DNA from: Lytechinus pictus
Lineage: Eukaryota
Assembly (NCBI RefSeq): GCF_037042905.1
Contig: NC_087252.1
Location: forward strand, 16,246,001 to 16,310,000
Length of the DNA: 64,000 bases
Reading direction: 5' to 3'
The position numbers and the translations under genes are program-made. The notes under the pieces are model-generated. The model saw nothing but the letters and a program-made list of their open reading frames with translations. It made no database searches and was not told where the DNA came from. Positions 13,546 to 27,990 of this stretch are shown piece after piece (within the stretch, counting starts at the first letter, position 1; the number at the start of each line of letters is the position of its first letter).

Positions 13546-16500
13546 GGCATGGGTTGTAGGGGAGTTGCACCATGGTCGCACACAAAGTGGTCGCTAGCAA
13601 CTTCCACATGCTCGTCCCAGCCTCTGCCAAGATTGAAACTTCATAGAGCAAGGAAATTCTGAGATTTGCTATGTAAACAATACCGTAGATTCTGTTTCGG
13701 CACGACCAGTGGCGTAACAGGCGGGGGGGGGGGGGGGGGCAAGCTGCCCCCTAACGGATTTCACTGGAAAAAAAAAAAAAAAAACGGGGAAAAGGGAGGG
13801 ATATTTTAACAAACATAAGGGTGAAAGGGGAAGGGGAAAGAAAAGGAAAGGAGGAAAAGGGAAGGGCAAGAGAAAAGTGAAAGAAAACGAAGATTTTTTT
13901 TAATGGAAAAGGACGGATATCGGACGGAAAAGGAATGAAAGAAGAACATTTGAGAAAGAAAAAATCATTCCGAAATAGGCCTATATTTAATGCAATAGAA
14001 AACATAGCGGTAAATGAAGGTCGGAATGGAAATAGTCAAAAGCTACATTGGAAATCAAAGAAAAAAGACAAGAAAAAAAATTAATGACACAACCGGGCTG
14101 CCGAGGAATGAAAATAAAGAGTGGGAAAAAAGAAGGACTGCTTACAACATAGTGCTATAAACTTGCTAAATTTTATTCAAATAAGCTACCGGGGCAGTTG
14201 CCCCAGACCCCACGCGGTAGGAGCTCTTCATCTATAACCTTCAAATGGCTCTGTAACGCTCCTTGTAGGGACCATTCCTTTAAGTTCAATCACTGGCCTA
14301 CAAGTGGTTCTACACCCAAGAAGTAATAAAATAAATTATAGGAGACAACGTATGATGAAATGAATGGAAACAATGAAATTTCAATTTCGATGGGCAATTT
14401 TTTCTAGCTCGATTTGCTCACGTGCTGGCGACTTTTTACAAATTTTCCCACATTGCTATGTTTGGCCACCTCAAAATATTCGGTTCAACTGGGTTGAATA
14501 AATGTAATGTGTAAAAGCTATATTCTGTATATACCTGCGATTTGATTAAAAAACCGGCAATCTGCGAGGTTTAAATGGCTTTGATATCAAGAAGGGGAAA
14601 GGGGCGTCACATAAATAGACTACATGCAATGTCACTGCATAGCGTACATGTTGGGGGCGGGGGCTTGGGGACCATCCGCCCTCAAGAAAGAAGATCTGTG
14701 ACCAAGATATAGAAATAGAAAAGGTGTAGAAATAGAAATTGAGAAAACAATGACATGAAAGAAGGAATAATTTTCTGGATTCCCTCGCTTAGTTCACTCG
14801 CACAAAAAATAATGTTGTTTGCGTCGAGTTGTTGGGTCATTTAACGCTAAGGCAGTGGCAGCATGGAGTTGAAAGTGTGGGGGCTGAGCAGAAAGGGTGA
14901 AGGGGGCTGGCCATAAAAAAAATCACATGGCATTTTTTTGCGTTTTATCTTGCTATATGTTTAAAAGATGTAGAGTAACCCGAACCCCTCAATTCATAGG
15001 TTCCAAAATATGATATGCTGCCGTCGTGAAATAGGGGAAAGAGAATGAAAGAAGTATCTGGACTATTGAATACACAACCGAAAGAATACGAGGTCGAGAC
15101 GGTCCGAAGTGATAGCTGGGTGTAAATAAACAAAATAAAATACCAACGAAAGTTACACAAAAACAACAACAAAAAACAATCAAAATGGTAGAATACATGA
15201 AAAAGTGGGTGTTATCATTAAAGGGCATAATTATCCAGTAACGCATTTTTAGAGTATATATAGAAAGACGAATTAAATGTTGTATTATATCCGACGCCTT
15301 TAGCTCCACGGCGTCATCAACATTTTACAACTCAGGCGGAAAATAATGTTGAAATCATTATTGATGATAAAGTAAATTTACTCGTCTATATATGGCTTGT
15401 AAGAATAGTTTGGGGCGGGAAAAGCCTACCTTTGGAAGTAAAGATGACATTCTTGTTTGAAAATGATGGGCAGGTCCCGAGGTTTAACGGATATGAGATG
15501 CACATTTTTCATGTTGCCGATTAAAATATTCTTGCCTATTATGTTTTCATAAACTCCAGGAGAAAAATGATAATTATACTTGTGAATCCTCACTGAGCGG
15601 TAATTCGATATGTAGAAGTATATGAATGCACAGCGGCCACGGGGCAATAACTCACAAGTGATATATTTCTTTGAATCTAGGCATATACCAAAATAAAGCT
15701 CACACTTCACTTTTGGATACCTACTTTTTTCCCTTTCTCAAGGGCCGCGAAACGGATTGGAAAGTGTGATGGGGTGGGGGCTGCCCATGCAAATAATCAT
15801 AATCCGATGGTAACTTTTACGTTTTTTTGCAGTGCGTGGGCCGCAGCCCCTCCCCCCGTTTCCGTGGCCCCTGTAATACTTTGATTATTTGTGACATTAA
15901 ATTTTTCTTACGGACCAATTTAATTCATAAGTTTCCGTGTAGCCCTTCTCCCCCTTTTTGGCTGATACGTTTCAAGCATTTCTTTGCTTTTGGAGTTTTA
16001 CTCTGCATTTTCTGCATTGTTCATGATAGTTATATGCTTTTACATTCTTTATGTCTAAGTCCTATCTTCATACAGTTAAAACATTGTCAATTGTATTTCA
16101 GGCCGTATTATGATTATGCTACATGCATTGTAAATTTATTTTGTTTATCCAATCAATAAATCGAAAAAAAACTTCCAAAAAAGAGTTGGAGAACAATATT
16201 GAAATAAAAGAAAGTCCCTTTGAAAATGTGAACATGAAGACTACAGACACAACCGGATATAGGAATTGTATAGCAACGAAAATACAGAAAGATAAAAACA
16301 ATACTGAATTAATCAAGAACTCATTAATTCCAAATTGACAATGATAAGTGACCAATAGCGTAAAATGGGCAAAAATTTAGTTGGACAGAATGGCGTATCG
16401 GGCAAATGTCTTGACATTCCTCATAACAAAACACTGATTGTGATAGATTTTGACCTATTATTGAGATGATAATTTATTTCCTATTGTCTCTCAGTTCTTT

Positions 16501-16920
16501 CCTATTCTCTTCTGTTTTCTTAACGGTGATTTTTTTATGGGCCGGGGGAGGTGTCCATGGCCCTCACCCCATCTGTAATCCAGCGATTTCAACAGAATAT
16601 AATTGAAACAAAATATCTACATGGTAGACAAAAATTTTAGTCATGATAGTTCATATCATTGATAAATGATAAAATAATGACGAAATACCATGTGTGGTGA
16701 GCGGAAACAATGATGGAACGTTCTGTTATTTGACTATAACAGATATAGGTTTCGATCCCGGGGGTGGGTGGGGTATATATTCCCCAATATAATAATAATG
16801 ATAACGATGGTGTATTAATAATAGTAATAATAATGTACGTAATTATCATGACGTTGGAAGTGATGGATATCGGATTTACGCACTAATGACCATTTATATT
16901 GTTTTTCTCATTATTTTTCT

Positions 16921-17896
16921 CGAAATGGAATGAGCATCTGCACCATATTACAATGCGTATTTCGAGAAGCATTGGAATTATTTCTAAGTTAAAATTTATT
17001 TTGCCTCTTAAAACTTTATTCCTATTGTACAATTCCTTAGTACTCCCGTATATTACTTATTGTAACGTTGTTTGGGCTAATTGTGGCTCAACAAAGCTGA
17101 CTTCTATTTTCAAATTACAAAAGAGAGTTATTCGCATTTGTACAGGATCTCATTACTTGGCTCACACTGATCCATTATTTTTCAAACAGAAAACACTAAA
17201 AGTTGCCGACTTGTATACTCTTCAAGTAGCTATCATTATGTTTAAGTATATTAATAACCTACTCCCTTCGTCTTTTGATGATATGTTTAAGTTCAATAGT
17301 TCTGTCCATACCTACCCAACTCGTACATCTGGAAACTTTCATCTCACAAACCCCAGACTGTTAATTACCTCTAAATCAATACATCATGGTCCAGACATTT
17401 GGAATAATCTTGCAGAAAATATTAAATCTTGTACCACTTTATACTCTTTAAAATCAACTGTTAAAAGAAATATCATTCGATCTTATTCATCCCAACCTTC
17501 AAATTAATCCTCATTTACCACTATAAATTAAATAAAAAATATAAATTATACATACAGCTATTTTCTGCACCCGCACCTGCACCTGCATTGCACCCACTTG
17601 TTCAGTAATACCAATCATAGTCACGAACCCTTTTTATGAGGCCGCCATCAATTACAAGCTTAACCGCTCACGATGGCGGTTTCCTGCGTTCATTAAATTT
17701 TGTTAATGTTCCTTTTTTATCATCAAAATGTGAAGTATATGCCCACACCATTTTTTTCCCCTTCAAATTATGTATTATGTTTATATTGTATGCATTATGA
17801 ATTATTTTGTATATTACAAACAATGTAAATATTTATGATAATGTATTGTGAACGCAGAAATAAAAATAAAACAAACAAAAACAAACAAACAAATCA
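16921..17896 (+). mobile_element. 5'-truncated L2/Crack-type LINE (ORF2 C-terminus plus 3' UTR)
   Basis: ORF to 17507 has LYNSLVLPYITYCNVVW, LQKRVIRI, HTDPLF, HTYPTR, GPDIWNNL. 3' stem-loop at ~17640-17683, (CAAA)n tail, possible TSD atttttct (16913-20 / 17897-904). Confidence 0.88.
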
Positions 17897-18454
17897 ATTT
17901 TTCTTCTAATGTATTGCTATTGAATGAAAACATTCCTTTCGGGAAGTGATACTAACTGCGATTTTTTTTTTTTAATCCAAGATGAAATGAAATAATATCC
18001 TCATGTTTATATTTTTATACATGATATTATCATTTTGAGATGTACACATCCACGCAAGTAAGCGCATTGCATGGCCTGCTTTTTGTGTTCCGTTTATTTC
18101 ACTACCCTTTTAAATTTTCTCGAAGTTTCCTTTATTCAGGTTCATGTTGTAAAAGGGTGGAGAATATATAAAAAAGAAATGAGAAGTGAAATTTAAAAGA
18201 GTGCATGAAAGGTTTTTTTTTCATCCATGAAAACCGATGACAGTTCATGCAGGGCTGTCGCGCTCGACGTATCATCCATTACATGAACGTGAAAATTAAA
18301 TGCTCGGGTTTGTATAAAAACTATTATCTTATGCTTTATCTTATGCGCTGTCATTGATTACTCATCGACATACATAGATTTAGATTAAAATCTACAATTT
18401 TCATGTCAGACTGAATATAAAAAAATAAGATAGCGCTTCGCGCTCGCATTATTT

Positions 18455-19268
18455 GAAGAGTTTAGTTGCAAAAGGGGTTAGGTCCACTTTTTACCATTCC
18501 GAGAAAAAACATGTTTTTTATTCTCACTTACTGCAATACTCTTATGAGGAACTAAATTGTCATGATGTACTACCCTATCATGTGAACATAAAATTAGGTA
18601 TGAAGTAAATCTACCTGTCTTCAATTTTTTTCTATATATTCTTTTAAAAATTATCATTGTGGACCTAACCCCTTTTGCTACTAAACTGGAATGAATCCAA
18701 TCTATTTTGATTAAAAAGGTGATTTATTTTTGCCACTTTTATTCACGTTTTCATATGATTCGAATTTCAAAATTTCGTTGTTTTCATCAGAACGACTAAA
18801 ATTTTAGAGGATTCGAGACAGAAAACAAAACAAATAATGAACAATGGACCTAACCCCTTTTGACAAATGAGCTCTTCAGAATAGTTTGTTTGCAAAAGGG
18901 GTTATAGGTCAACTCCAAGAATTTTTTTTTTTTTTAAATTCTCCCCTATTGCAATATTCTTATGCGAAATTTAATGTTTGTGATACCCTACCATGAGAAC
19001 ATAAAATTGGATATAAAAGAAATCAACCAGTCTTCATATCTTTAAAAAAAAATCTGTGTGGACCTAACCCCTTTTGCAACTAAACTGAAATGGACCTAAC
19101 CCCTTAAAAAAAAGTGATTTTTCTTTGCCATTAGATCACTTTTTAATGGAAATTTCAACTTTTTTTGGAATCACCTTATAGAGCTACTACAAATCTATAC
19201 ATTGAGACCAAAAAAAAAATCATATTTGATGAAAAATGGACCTAACCCCTTTTGCAAGTGGGCTCTTC
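18455..19268. mobile_element. Sola1-like dimeric MITE with aaaaggggttaggtcc subterminal repeats
   Basis: Ends gaagag...ctcttc, 4-bp TSD ATTT (AWWT). Inverted homologue at 43931-44724. Confidence 0.85.
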
Positions 19269-19714
19269 ATTTATTGAGCATGATACTCTTCCTAATCATA
19301 TTATGGTTATAAATAGTGGCTAGAATGTCCGTTTTATGTCTAAATCTTTAACAAAAGTCAGTTTGCGCTCCGAACAATATTCGAGATATTTTGTTCTTGG
19401 TCTGCCCGTATATTGACGAAAGAAGTAAAGATGAGGAACACTAAAGCCTAATGACTCATATCTGTCGGCAACCAATTACCTCACCCCCCCCCCTCCGCCA
19501 CAACCTGCCCCTTCCCGGAGACGGCGCGAATAAGCATGCACCTACTAAACATTAGCACTATTGTCAGTCAGTTTTTTTTTTATTGCAGCTCACGCGCTCG
19601 TAGGACTAAATTTAGTTTACTCAAGTATATACTCGACCCCCTATACATGGGCGTACAGAAAGGGCTCAGGACTCACGGTCCCCTCTAAAAGCTGTACCTC
19701 CAAGAAAGAAGGAT

Positions 19715-20566
19715 GGGGGGGGGGCACTCAGTATATAATGCATAGTGGGTATGTGCCGCGAAGGGGACCCCCATTTTTTGACACTCAAATTTCCGTTCCA
19801 AGGCATAGCATTTTTGTGTTATTGAGAAAAGAACAAAGAAAGCCGCTCCAAAGCATAGCATTTTTCTTCTTATCGAGAAAAAAAGAAGAAAGAAATCCGC
19901 TCGAAAACTTCGCATATTTTTCGTTACGCCGTTCCGGTCGCATTGATCTGCTACAATAAGCTGCAATTTTGGTAAAAAGCGGCCGCAGAGCGCTGTCCGA
20001 CCACCTCTACGCGAGCGCACTCGGCGCCCGCCGGACTCGCTGCATCATGCACGCATGCCCGTTCCATAGGGATACATACGCACCATAAAAGCGGGGGGGG
20101 GGGGGGGGGAGGACAGGGGGGACTTGAGGTGGGGGGGGGGGGACGGTTCCCCCAAATTTTTTTTTGATAACCTTTTTTTGTTTGTGGTCCCCCCCCTAAA
20201 ATGTAGGCTGATGACCTTTTTTTCATTTTCCTTGTCAAACAATTTGGGTGATCCACTTTCCTAAAATTTAGGTTGATAACCTTTTTTTTGGGAGGGGGAG
20301 GGGGCTTGTCAAATTTTACCTGTGTCCATCCCAAAATTTCAGGTGGACCTCCCCTAATTTTTTTTGCTTCCGCCGCCAATGATACGCACTCACACGCTGG
20401 CGATCCGTTCCAAGGACCCCCATTTTCACAAACATTTGTAGTTCCAAAAGCCCGACGTTCCGAGGGCCCTCCTCTTTACAATAAGCCCGCTCCAAGACCC
20501 CGTTTTTAGTCTCGCCAGCGGCACACCCCTACCACTTTTTTTGGTCGAGTGCCCCCCCCCCGGGGG
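19715..20566. mobile_element. Non-autonomous element with poly-G/GCACTC inverted ends
   Basis: (g)n-cactc at left and gagtg-(c)n-gggg at right. Contains a nested MITE. Confidence 0.6.
20084..20381. mobile_element. hAT-type MITE nested in the 19715-20566 element
   Basis: Perfect 8-bp TSD atacgcac (20076-83 / 20382-89). Right end gcttccgccgccaatg; left end cat...aagc is partly deleted. Confidence 0.8.
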
Positions 20567-20851
20567 AGAAAATAAAGACAGAAAAAAGAAAAAGGGTGAA
20601 GTATAATAATAATCATGAATATACTTTCAAAAAATTACATTTATGCTCGCCCGCGAGCAGATTTTTTAAATCGTAAAGCCATACACCCCATTGGAACGAA
20701 AGATGAAATGAAATCCCCAAAATATAACAATATTCGTGATGTTCTTCGACCCAAGCACGTAGGCAGCTTGACATGTCATTGATTGACTCGTAACCTTTAT
20801 TATAGCTGGCCTCAAAATAAAAGAAACGGAATAGTAGGCTATATATATTAC

Positions 20852-21804
20852 AAACAAGTGGAATGCCTCTGGCCGTCTCACCTGCATCACGCGATTCAAT
20901 ATAGCAGCAGTGCTGATTTTGAAAACTACTATAACTCGCACAAGATGTTCAGTGGTACTTGGTTACTCTTATTTCCACGTTTTATGAACTAGACCAATAC
21001 ACTTATAGAGATATGATGGCAATTCAACAAATACCCCTAACGTGGCCAAAGTTCTTTTACCTTACATGACCTTTGACCTTGATCATGTGACCTGAAACTC
21101 GCACAGGATGTTCAGTGATACTTGATTACTATTATGTCCAAGTTTTATGAACGAGACCAACACACTTTCAAATTTATGGCTGTAATTCAACAAATACCCC
21201 AATTTGGCCAAAGTTCATTGACCCTAAATGACCTTTGACCTTGATCATGTGACCTGAAACTTGCACAGGATGTTCAGTAATACTTGATTACTATTATGTC
21301 CAAGTTTCATGAATCAGATCCATAAACTTTCAAAGTTATGATGGTAATTCAACAGATACCCCCAATTCGGCCAAAGTTCAATGACCCTAAATGACCTTTG
21401 ACCTTGGTCATGTGATGTGAAACTCATGCAGGATGTTCAGTGATACTTGATTAACCTTATGGCCAAGTTTCATGAACTAGGTCCATATACTTTCTAAGTT
21501 ATGCTGTCATTTCAAAAACTTAACCTCAGGTTAAGATTTTGATGTTGATTCCCCCAACATGGTCTAAGTTCATTGACCCTAAATGACCTTTGACCTTGGT
21601 CATGTGACATGAAACTCAGGCAGGATGTTTAGTAATACTTGATTAACCTTATGGCCAAGTTTCATGAACTAGGTCCATATACTTTCTTAGTTATGCTGTC
21701 ATTTCAAAAACTTAACCTCAGGTTAAGATTTGGTGTTGACGCCGCCGTCGCCGTCGGAAAAGCGGCGCCTATAGTCTCACTCTGCTATGCAGGTGAGACA
21801 AAAA
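20852..21804 (-). mobile_element. Non-autonomous Helentron/HINE-type element with internal tandem array (~162-bp units, one ~192 bp)
   Basis: Sub-terminal inverted repeat gtctcacctgcat (20875) / atgcaggtgagac (21787-99), adjacent hairpin partner gtctcac, gccgccgtcgccgtc microsatellite, A/T-run boundaries. ca(a/g)gatgtt recurs at ~20941, 21104, 21267, 21429, 21621. Confidence 0.8.
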
Positions 21805-24800
21805 CAGAGCACGCGGTATTGTAGTTGGAGTCTGTAATTTACTGATAGAGGTAGTCTATATAGGACGCACAGTTATTATTTTTCCTTCTTTTTTTCAAGA
21901 GTATCATAAATAAAGACATCATACAACACGTGATATGAATCATAATGAGCAAATCAAAAAACGTGATAACAGTTTAGTGAACGGAATTAGAAAAGGAAAA
22001 GTTGTGTATAATAAAATGTAACTAAACAGGAAGAAAGAAAGAAAGAAAATAAGAAAGAAAGAAAAAAAAGAAAGGAAGGAAGGAAGAAAGAAATACGAAT
22101 AGCCATTTTCTTTCCCTTTCACAAGCATCCTTACACGCCTCCCGTCCTGCTTGCCTAGCCTTCCATACACTGAGGAAGTAATAAAAAGAGAAACGAAATA
22201 TATGAGAGAAAGGAAACAATCTCTCATATACACACACACACACAAACCCAAATCACCGCAATTTGAAAGAAGTGGGGGTAGCCGGGCTGAACATGCATAA
22301 CGTCATTGTCGTGATGGTCACTGCACGAAGCACGTTTGACCAAGGATTTGACATGTCCGCGGTATCTGATTCTTTGAAAGTGTGCATTACAGGGACCTGC
22401 ACGTCCAAGGCATCTTCCGTATTTACACACGCTTTCTACGAAATCGAAGGAAATATAGGAACAGAACAACCCTGATTTCAGTCTGCGCGGTCAACGTGCA
22501 GCAAAGCGGGACTTTCCCCGTATTGTTGACAATGTGATCAAGGTCGATCGTACGTTTCAAAGTAAATGTTGTGCACACGGCACGAATCTGGGCGGTGTTG
22601 TCTTGCACTGATCGGAAGTTATCGAATCATTTGGTCTCAAGGTGGCGCTCTTCATATTTCCTTCCAGGGGGGTGAAACTCCGCTTCTGCATCCGGTTAGA
22701 CATGGGGAAATTTTGGAAGGTCAAAAGTGCACACTGCTCCCATTTTTCGCGTACAAGCCTATGGACACCACAACTTCATGGCACACCAGCGAAACGGAGG
22801 CGTGGTCATAATTGGCCTGCGCGCACAGCGTAAAGATATGCAAATAAGTATATTGTCACTAATTAGCATAATGCGCGACATGATTGATTATGAAATTAAT
22901 TCATAGAGTTGCGTCTTTGGTAAATAATATTAATAAGGTAGATTATGTCATTCATTCCCCCGTTCACGTTCACCCCCCCGGTATTCAGTTGTTAATTCAT
23001 CTTTCCTTGTTTACATATTTTCCTGTCGCGATTATTACTACATCAATTAATAAAATTATTTATTTGCTATAGCTCTTTCCCTTGAAGAAATGTGGAAGCT
23101 TACAAGGAATTCATTAATAGGATTGAACTTAGGGATCTGCTTGCTCGATCTATTCATGCAGTCATCACTGCATATTATTTTCATTACACATCATTAATAG
23201 CCATAATTATTTATATGTTTGGGTTTTTTTTTAGGGGGGGGGGTAAATAATCAGATCAGAGAAATCTGAGCAAGAGCTAGAGCAAAGCAATTTAGAAGGC
23301 CATTTTGTCTTTATTTCGAAATTGAAATGAACAATCTGGTGCAAATCTTATAAAGATTTAAAAAAAATATATTCTGAGTTTGGGGTGGGAGCAAAATTAA
23401 GACAGCCCAGTACCCCCCCCCCCTCCCCCCACATGAATTCACTCTCATCAAGGCTATCTTAAAAAGGTCACTTCCAAACAAGATGAAATTTTATTTGTAC
23501 CTGCCCGCCCCAAAATCTATCCATCGATCCCACCCTTCCCCCTCTCTCTTCCACACACACACATACATGTACCACATAATCATGCGAGCAAACAATTATT
23601 ATCATATCATTTTGATCCCACTCTTAAATCAAACTCATTTATCTCTTTAGGAAGAATATCTAATTTGGCTGCACCTGATCTTAAAATGTCACAGTATGCC
23701 ATATTTTTATGGGCTATCTTGCCATGCATGCATGGTATTTTGATGCTTTATGTTATACTCTTACCTGTTGTACTAGTATTATACCCATAGATACCTGACA
23801 AACAAAATCAATCAATCAGTAGCACCATCATATTCCAGTCATATAGATCATCATTACCTACATCACAACACAGTTTGGTAGCAATAACATCATTATCACA
23901 TATCTTTCACGCAATGTGAATAAATAAATCACGAATATCAAGATTAGAAAGTATATTTCAAATTAAAATATTTATTAAGGAATCAATTTCTGAATATGTG
24001 ATCAAAATATTCCTATCCTCTTTTTCTCGCCAAAGCATCACATTACATCAGCAAAATGCATATAATGAATGCAACAGAAATTGCAAGGCTGTTACAAGGG
24101 AGGGGATGTAATTTTTTTGGTAAAATCTAGAGAAAACAAATTAAAAAAAAATCACTTTCATAGGTATTGATAAGCCTTATATAGTCAATATAAGGGGACA
24201 TCAAGGATGTCATAAAAAAAATTAACAATATACCTCTCTCTCAAAGTCGGTTACTCAAATATCAAGTTTTTTTCCCCAGCATTTGCTGACAAGAATAGCA
24301 TGCTAATCTAACGAGGGCACTTCACAAAACAGGGAGCACATTGCCACATTTCTTTAAAGAGTGCCTTCCCAAATCTGCACATTAGTAAATTAGAAACAAA
24401 ATTGCTTATTGTCTATTGTTGTGAAGTGCTGCTAGAGCTGTGTTCTATTTCCAACAATTTTTTTTTTCATTTGAAGAGCTAATTTAGTTCATAATACGGG
24501 ACATGAACAATACAGTGCTACAAGAACAAAAAGAGATTAAAAACGAACAAAACAGTGCAACTTTTCACTTCCCCAAAAAAATAAATTCAACAGCTTAATG
24601 TCCAGCACTACAGATCCTTGTTTCATAAAGACGTCAATTATGGTAAATTTGCCCCAATTGTAACTAGCAACTAGCATGGGAACCTCAATGTTGATCTGTT
24701 ACTTTAATGTTTCCATGGTAATTACCAGAATGGCAAAGAGTTAGAGTAATGGTTAGACTTAATGAAATGGGGTCCAGGAGTGAGAGTGATTTCTTAATCC

Positions 24801-25139
24801 TTTGTCCTGTCACCTTGTTTTTTTTAGTATGCACATTTTCAATGAAAATCCATTATTTCTTATTGTCTTATGTATGTCTGTAGGCATGTACATAGCCCAG
24901 AACTCAGTAAAGACCCATTCTGAATTGATTATATTACCAGAATACAACTTATCCCTTTCAAACTACTTATATCATTAACAGTTCTTTCACTACTACTACA
25001 TGTAGATGATTAGAACATTAATAAAGGGTGGGTAGGTGTGCCCTTTGGGAAAATATTTCAATCTTGTGTGAAACCTATGGACCTAAATATCAATACTCCA
25101 ATTTTTTTTTCTACAGATGTGTAGTTCAAGCAACATTCA

Positions 25140-27600
25140 ATATGTATTGACATGTTTATTCAAATTCATTCAATTTTTTAAAATGTGTAATTGTGATGAA
25201 GTAGCTACTTGTTATGAACTTGGCCTCCATTTTTCTTCTTATAATCTGCCCTGGTGATACTCAAACTGCCTGCGGAACCTGCATGGTAAACACAAAAAAG
25301 AAAAGAACAAAATGAGCTGCTGATATAAATTATTCTTACTCATCTATTTCAGTTTATTAAGAAGTTTTAAACTTTTAATTAGGCCCTAATCTTCCATGCA
25401 ATATTGTTTAGATAATGCACATGTAGTAATCTATATAGCCAAATAAAAATCATAGATCACTATTTATAAAGCATTATTCATAGAACTTTTTTGATTAAGT
25501 GTGTAAACTCATTCAAATATATATCATAAAATTACTCTCAATATTTTGTCCTTTTTTATTTCTGTCTACAAAGTAACTGAGTTTTAAAGTGATATCACAT
25601 ATGACTCATGTAGATAAGATAAGAGACATGGACAATAAGTATGCATTGATGAGAATGGAAATACTGGTGAATCTGAATCCAAATAAATATTTACTCACAA
25701 CGGAGCTTTACTATATGGGATAACATGATTCAGAAAAAGTTGCTATAGCCCTCCCCCCCCCCCAAATAAAAAAGAAATAGGAGGCCTTTTTTAACGAAAA
25801 CAAGCATACCTTACAAGTTTTCAGTTCAAATATCCTGTTCCTCATCAGATTGTAACTCTTGGTGATGTGTAAATGGTAGTTGACTTTGTACGTCTGACTG
25901 GGCTGGGACTGCTAAGAACTTGATCCCATTGGATCTGCAATTCAAAATACACACAATACAGTTAAGAATTTTAGAGGTGATAAACAAAATTCCTCTTTTA
26001 AAACAATATTTTCAAAATTTCCAGCTAGTCCTATCCTAAGCCTATGAATATTCCCAACTAGAAAAAAGCTGGTCTTGACCGAAAACTTCCTTCTCTCTGT
26101 ATTATGTTCCACTGACAAAATAGGCATAGGCCTACCTGGCTCTGTTTCCACTGACCATCTTCATTGTCAATAAGAGTCAGTAAATGGTTCAAGCATATAC
26201 GTGGCCTATTATAGCGAGGCCTTTTGTCAATCTTATACACCAAGCCAGCTTTGACAGATGTAGGATAATTATTATTTGTGTGATAATTTGGCTCTCGTTC
26301 ATTCACCAGTGCAAGACAATTGGTTTTTTTTTATCGTCTAGATCTATAAACATGTGAATCTCTACATCTAAGTGAGTTCCTCTTTAAGTTTGATTTTAAA
26401 AAAAAGTTTGCTTGCTCGCAAGTTTAAATGACCCTTTGCCTTTCAGCATAAATATGGTCAAGTGAGGAGGACAATAAAGATAAATCAATTGGATCAGCCC
26501 TCTCTCTACTTATACTTATAAAATTCAGAATGGGGCACTTTAGATTTTGTCACCCCTTCCCATAAAAAAATTGCACTCATGGTATACGATAACTGAGCAG
26601 TTTGAAACCTGACAAAGAAATGTTGTCCCCCAAAAATAAGAATCATTTAACTCCGTTATATAATTTTAGTCCAACGGTCCAGGCAGGGACTAGAATAAAG
26701 TTAATTTAAATCTTCGTAGAAAAAGTCAAACCAGACAGATCTAGAATTTCTTTTTTAGAAATCAAGATCTAAGTTAGACCTATTCTAGGGCCTTACTTTT
26801 TAGTAAAAAAAGACTAATGTTAAAATCGGTCTCAAACCATTCCACCAGTGGGCAGTGGCAAATCTACCGATATCAATATCATTCCAAATAAATTTAGTTC
26901 ATTTAAATAATTGATTTAAAATTAATTTCTTTTTAAATGCAGAGAATTATATTGATTCATATAAAGATGGAATAGCGGTGTCAAAAAATCAGTAGGCTCA
27001 GGCCCAACTTTAAACTTCAACTCAAGCTTGTCAGTGACATTAATTCCCAACACCTAATGACCTAGCCTACATCGCCATCGGCAATTTCGCAGCCGGCTGG
27101 CACCGGCGGTAGCAATGCCCATTTCCCGCTCTGACTATATTATTTGGCTTAGATTTAATGCAATTACTTTGCCGTTACTGAACAAGTCCACATCTACCCC
27201 TGATAATGATATATGACAATGTACTGAAATACAGATTTAATAAGGACGGACATGAGGCATTCTAATTAACCAACTTAGTTCTACGAAAAACTATTATTTT
27301 CTGAGAAAATATGTCAGTCAGATCCGGAGTCAGATCTCAGTAATGGAAATATGGAAATTGTAGTTTCCGTAGTAAACTACACAAAGTACATAAGGCCCTG
27401 CCCTGAGGCCTGACTGCGACGCCGAACCCCAGCAGCAAACACATTACAATTACAACCGAGATCAAAGCACGAAATTGAACTTAACTTACTTTTATTTGTA
27501 TGGAATGCCATTAATTTGATGTAGATGTTACCTCATAATTTTCTGCTCAACTGAATTTCACTCAGAAATCATGATTCCGGATACTAATTCTATAAACAGA
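25140..27600 (-). ncRNA. Candidate spliced long non-coding transcript inside the Kolobok-like element
   Basis: Donor AA|gtaagt at 27490. Exon 25934-25810 (ttgcag| ... AAG|gtatgc) has stops in all frames. Acceptor with strong pyrimidine tract at 25278, AATAAA at 25160-55. Confidence 0.35.
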
Positions 27601-27990
27601 TAATTAGTCTTGCTATTGTATTTCAAATGTTGAACTTCGCAGAGTAAAAAAGAACGACACTTCGCACAGATATCGTAGGGAATTGTGGGAAGGAAAAAAA
27701 TGTTTAATGCATGAGGACATGAATAAAACATTAGCGTTTTATCCAATCATACAAGTGCATTATGCGTATTTTGACGTCATTACTCATGAATTAAACATTG
27801 ACCTTCCAAAATCAACCTTCAAATTTGCCAAATGGCAGCCATGTTTGTTATGTACAAAACCTATGGAAAATCAAAAACGCGCGAAAAGAGTTCCCTCTCT
27901 AGCTCCCTTCGGGAGCTTACGTATACGTAAGATCGTATCTCTGTGTTTCCTTCCTTCGATTAACCATACTTCCAAATAAAGCAGACAATT

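Noticed and set aside
18470..19260. Interstitial telomere (gggttagg / cctaaccc)
   Set aside because: The motifs are isolated subterminal repeats of a MITE, not tandem TTAGGG.
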